Source: an uncultured Ruficoccus sp.
Lineage (GTDB): Bacteria > Verrucomicrobiota > Verrucomicrobiia > Opitutales > Cerasicoccaceae
Length of the DNA stretch: 64,000 nt
Assembly (NCBI GenBank): GCA_965140785.1
Contig: OZ223510.1
Location: forward strand, 96,001-160,000
Direction: 5' to 3'
Both the position numbers and the translations under genes were made by a program. Shown here one piece after another: positions 60,830 to 64,000 of the stretch (position 1 is the stretch's first letter; every line of letters starts with the position of its first letter). Below the pieces are notes generated by a model. It was given only the letters and a program-made list of their open reading frames with translations. It did not search any database and was not told the origin of the DNA.

Positions 60830-62344
60830 ATGTCCCACTCCCATCCAATCGCTGCGTCCGATCGCATCCCTTTTCTGCAAAAAATCAGCTTCGCCGCCGG
60901 TGTGAACATGGACTATGCGGCGACCGGGCTGATGTACATGCTGTGGATGCCGGTCTTCAATATCGGCTTTGGAATCAGCCCGGTCGTGCTGGGGGGCATC
61001 CTCATGATCTTTCGGGGCTGGGATGCCCTGACCGATCCGGTCATGGGGACGATTTCGGACAACACCCACACGCGATGGGGACGCCGCAGGCCCTTTATGT
61101 TCGTGGGGGCGATCCTCACGGCGTCGATCTACCCATTTTTCTGGTACATGCCGATGGAGTGGGGCGATCACGCCAAGCAGATTTACCTGACCTGCGTGGG
61201 GCTTGTCTTCTTCACAATGTTCACGACCTGGTCGATGCCCTACTACGGGATGCAGATGGAGCTGACTCCGAATTACGACGAGCGGTCCCGTCTCACCGTC
61301 TGGATGGCCTTTTTTGGCAAGCTGTTCTTTCTTGGAATAAGTTGGTTTATGCCGTTCGTCCTGGTGCTGGGGGCGTTGGCGCTCGGGGAGTCGGGTGAGA
61401 TCACGGACGAAGGGGCGTTTCTGGCCAAGGTGCTTCAGCCGCTTCAGTCGTGGTTGTCCACGCTGCCCGGTGTGAATGCCGGGGAAAAGCCGATCGTGGT
61501 CGGTATGCGGATCGCCTGCTGGCTCGTGGTCGTGGCGATACTTGTCTTTGGCCTGCTGCCCGCACTGCTGGTCAAGGAACGCTATTACAAGAAAGCCACC
61601 GCGAAGCAGCCGAAGGAACGGTTCTGGAAGAGCATCGGGGAATCCCTGCGCTGCAAACCCCTTTGGGTGCTCATCGGCGTCTCCTTTTTTCTCTCCCTCG
61701 GCACGCATGCGGTGAAAAGCCTCGGCCTGTATGTGAATATCTATTACGTCAATTACGGCGACCTGACCAAGGCCACTGTCATTAACGGATGGCGCGAGAC
61801 GGTCAGCATTTTTGTGGGCCTTGCGACTCTCCCGATCCTTATCAAAACCGCCGAAATCTTCGACAAGCGTCTGCTCACGATTACGGTGCTGGGGATTGCC
61901 ACCGCCGGCCACGCGCTCAACTATGTCTGCATGACGCCGGATCATCCGTACTTGGTGATTTTGCCGGGAGTGTTCGAATCCTGCGCGCTGAGTGCGTTCT
62001 GGATGTTTCTCCCGTCGATGAAGGCGGACGTCGCCGATTACGACGAACTCTACACCGAGCGTCGCCGTGAGGGCTCGATCAATGCGTTCTACTCCTGGTT
62101 CGTGAAGGTCGCCGGCACCCTCGCGCTTGGCCTGGGTGGCCTGGTGCTCCAGTTCAGCGGCTTTGATGTTGAGGTGGGGCCCCATCAACCTGACGTGGTT
62201 CAGAACCGAATGTTCTTTATATATCTGCTGATTCCCCTGTTCACCTGGGGAGTGGCCATTGCCCTGCTGTGGCATTACCCGCTTGGCCGGGCACGCGCCG
62301 AGGAAATCCGCGCCACCTTGGAAGCCCGGCGCGGGAAGCTCTGA
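60830..62344 (+). CDS. MFS glycoside-pentoside-hexuronide sugar transporter
   Basis: WDALTDPVMGTISD..TRWGRRRPF, ELTPNYDER, SMKADVADYDE..RREG. Confidence 0.92.
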   Translation: MSHSHPIAASDRIPFLQKISFAAGVNMDYAATGLMYMLWMPVFNIGFGISPVVLGGILMIFRGWDALTDPVMGTISDNTHTRWGRRRPFMFVGAILTASIYPFFWYMPMEWGDHAKQIYLTCVGLVFFTMFTTWSMPYYGMQMELTPNYDERSRLTVWMAFFGKLFFLGISWFMPFVLVLGALALGESGEITDEGAFLAKVLQPLQSWLSTLPGVNAGEKPIVVGMRIACWLVVVAILVFGLLPALLVKERYYKKATAKQPKERFWKSIGESLRCKPLWVLIGVSFFLSLGTHAVKSLGLYVNIYYVNYGDLTKATVINGWRETVSIFVGLATLPILIKTAEIFDKRLLTITVLGIATAGHALNYVCMTPDHPYLVILPGVFESCALSAFWMFLPSMKADVADYDELYTERRREGSINAFYSWFVKVAGTLALGLGGLVLQFSGFDVEVGPHQPDVVQNRMFFIYLLIPLFTWGVAIALLWHYPLGRARAEEIRATLEARRGKL

Positions 62345-62384
62345 CCTCATTCCCCCATTTCATAGCGAATCGACCTACTTCACA

Positions 62385-62688
62385 CGGGGTAAAGCCGCCT
62401 TCATGCTGATCGAGCTTCTGGGGGTGATTGCCATCATCGGTGTCCTTGCGGGGATCATCGTCTCCATCACGGGAAAGGCCCGCTGTTCGGCTCAGGATGT
62501 AGCCTGCGCCAGCAACCTGCGTCAGATCGGACTGGCCGTTCAGCTCTATGTGGGCGAACACGGAAGGCGATGACTCCTGGTTTAGCTACCGTCACAACTG
62601 CCACATGAACGTCGCATTTGCGGACGGCCATGTCGGTTCCTTCCAGAAGGGCGAGGTGCTCAGACGTAACGTGCAGGTGAATTATTGA
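62385..62688 (+). pseudogene. H-X9-DG pseudopilin pseudogene (central region deleted)
   Basis: AFMLIELLGVIAIIGVLA..CASNLRQIG then out-of-frame YRHNCHMNVAFADGHV. Confidence 0.78.
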
Positions 62689-62748
62689 GCGGCATCGGCC
62701 CTCTTGCCCCGTCCGAGAGCACGTTCCGCCCCCAAGCCCAGGCAAATG

Positions 62749-63864
62749 CTACTGGCCGGAAGGTGGGGCGGATCGCAGAAATGACGGCATCCCCAGTCTC
62801 CAGTCCTTCGCGGAATCATCGTTGTCTGTTGGGCTTGGCCGCGTCGTTTTTCCGGGTTTCCACAGACCGGGAATCGTGATAAGGCGGGGGATGGTGGGTA
62901 GCCCGATCTCGTTGCTCTCAATCTGCTCCACGACCAAGTCCACAGAGATCGCTCCGAGGCGTTCGGGCATCGGATCGACTCCCGACATCTCCGGTGCGCT
63001 CGGGCAGCGGTTCAGTACTGCCACGCTCACGTCCTTGGGGATGCGGATCCCGGCCGCTCGGAGCCATTCCAGGATCGTCCAGTCGAAAGTCAGCACTGCG
63101 TCTGGTTTGACGCGCCGAAACCACTTCATGAAGAACTGCTCGTCCCACTGCCGCGAATCCTCGGGGATACACACCGCCGGGATGTCGGAGAACGTCCCGC
63201 GTGCCCTCAACATGAATTCGTGGTAGGCCGCCGAGCTTTCGAGTCGGGCGCTGCGCGCATGCTGGTGGTTGTGCGCCATGCCAATCCGGCGGCACCCGCT
63301 TTGCCACAGGTGGGTCATCGCCTGGATGACGTTTCCGAAGTAGTCTTCCTTGATCCGGTGGATCAGTGGCCCGAGAATGAAATCACTCTGGGTGGCCACG
63401 GCGAATTTGTCCCAGGCGAGGTCGATGCCTGTCTCGTACTCACGAAACAGCGATAGCACCAGGCCGCGTATGCCCCGGGCCTCCAGAATGCGCCCAAGCC
63501 GTTCGGGAGAACACTCCGGATCGTTGTACCAGAATGTTTGCGCGCGGTAGCCTCTCTCCGCCAAGCGAGTTTTCATGCCCTGGAAGCGTCGCTCGATAAA
63601 GACATACCGCTTGCGCGCGTCGCGCTCCGGGTGGGCAAACACCAGTGCGACCGGGGAAGGGCGGGGCAGGTTTTTCCGTCCCTGACGGATATGCCGCATG
63701 AGGGAAGATACGTGAGCGTTACGGCGATAGCCGAGCGAATTGGCGATCCTGAGAATCTCCTCTTTTTTTGCCGTTGAGACGTTGGGGGCACCGCGTAAAG
63801 CCAGCGAAACCGTCGCAATCGTTGTGCCCGCTTCACGGGCGATATCCTTGAGAGTCGTGGCCAT
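62749..63864 (-). CDS. LacI-family transcriptional regulator
   Basis: TLKDIAREAGTTIATVSLALR; GCRRIG; GLWKPGKT. Confidence 0.92.
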   Translation of the reverse strand: MATTLKDIAREAGTTIATVSLALRGAPNVSTAKKEEILRIANSLGYRRNAHVSSLMRHIRQGRKNLPRPSPVALVFAHPERDARKRYVFIERRFQGMKTRLAERGYRAQTFWYNDPECSPERLGRILEARGIRGLVLSLFREYETGIDLAWDKFAVATQSDFILGPLIHRIKEDYFGNVIQAMTHLWQSGCRRIGMAHNHQHARSARLESSAAYHEFMLRARGTFSDIPAVCIPEDSRQWDEQFFMKWFRRVKPDAVLTFDWTILEWLRAAGIRIPKDVSVAVLNRCPSAPEMSGVDPMPERLGAISVDLVVEQIESNEIGLPTIPRLITIPGLWKPGKTTRPSPTDNDDSAKDWRLGMPSFLRSAPPSGQ

Positions 63865-63875
63865 GCTCGCACTTA

Positions 63876-63891
63876 AGTTAACGATTCAATT
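63876..63891. promoter_or_regulatory. Putative autoregulatory LacI operator AGTTAACGATTCAATT
   Basis: Just upstream of lacI start; similar to 51986 and 53794 sites. Confidence 0.5.
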
Positions 63892-64000
63892 AACGAACAT
63901 ATAGACAAGCCGCTGAGGTAATCAATACTTGTTTGAAGTTTGACCAAAGTCCCTTGGGCAAACCGCATTTTCAGGCCCCGGACAAGCATTGTACAGGGTA

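Noticed and set aside
60797..62350. 517-aa minus-strand ORF
   Set aside because: Shadow of the MFS transporter.

Overview
Verrucomicrobial (Opitutae/Puniceicoccales-like) chromosome segment; the taxon is inferred from Verru_Chthon cassette-type proteins, PEP-CTERM proteins and H-X9-DG pseudopilins. Layout: (1) 1-9.0 kb accessory polysaccharide locus (cassette protein A C-terminus and partner, two 2-hydroxyacid dehydrogenases, pseudopilin, PEP-CTERM protein, alginate lyase, LacI); (2) 9.4-17.9 kb housekeeping block (hom, aspartate kinase, metY-like, GPP34, hpf, SDR, RluA, tRNA-Phe); (3) a ~31.6 kb genomic island directly downstream of tRNA-Phe, bracketed by a direct repeat. It carries a MOB-P-type oriT/mobC/relaxase module with an overprinted gene, a large serine recombinase, IS3 copies and remnants, a LacI regulon (GH113, PEP-CTERM, pseudopilin, large glycoside hydrolase, lactonase-SDR-kinase-UxuA-RraA-Eda operon), an AT-rich array of toxin/immunity fragments and a dead tyrosine integrase; (4) 49.9-64 kb, a second, partly decaying polysaccharide locus. 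The most unusual structure is the 43.5-48.4 kb array, where toxin/immunity cassettes lie between three 79-bp palindromic elements and three TGACCC-starting repeats. All protein assignments are from motif recognition; no database searches were run.
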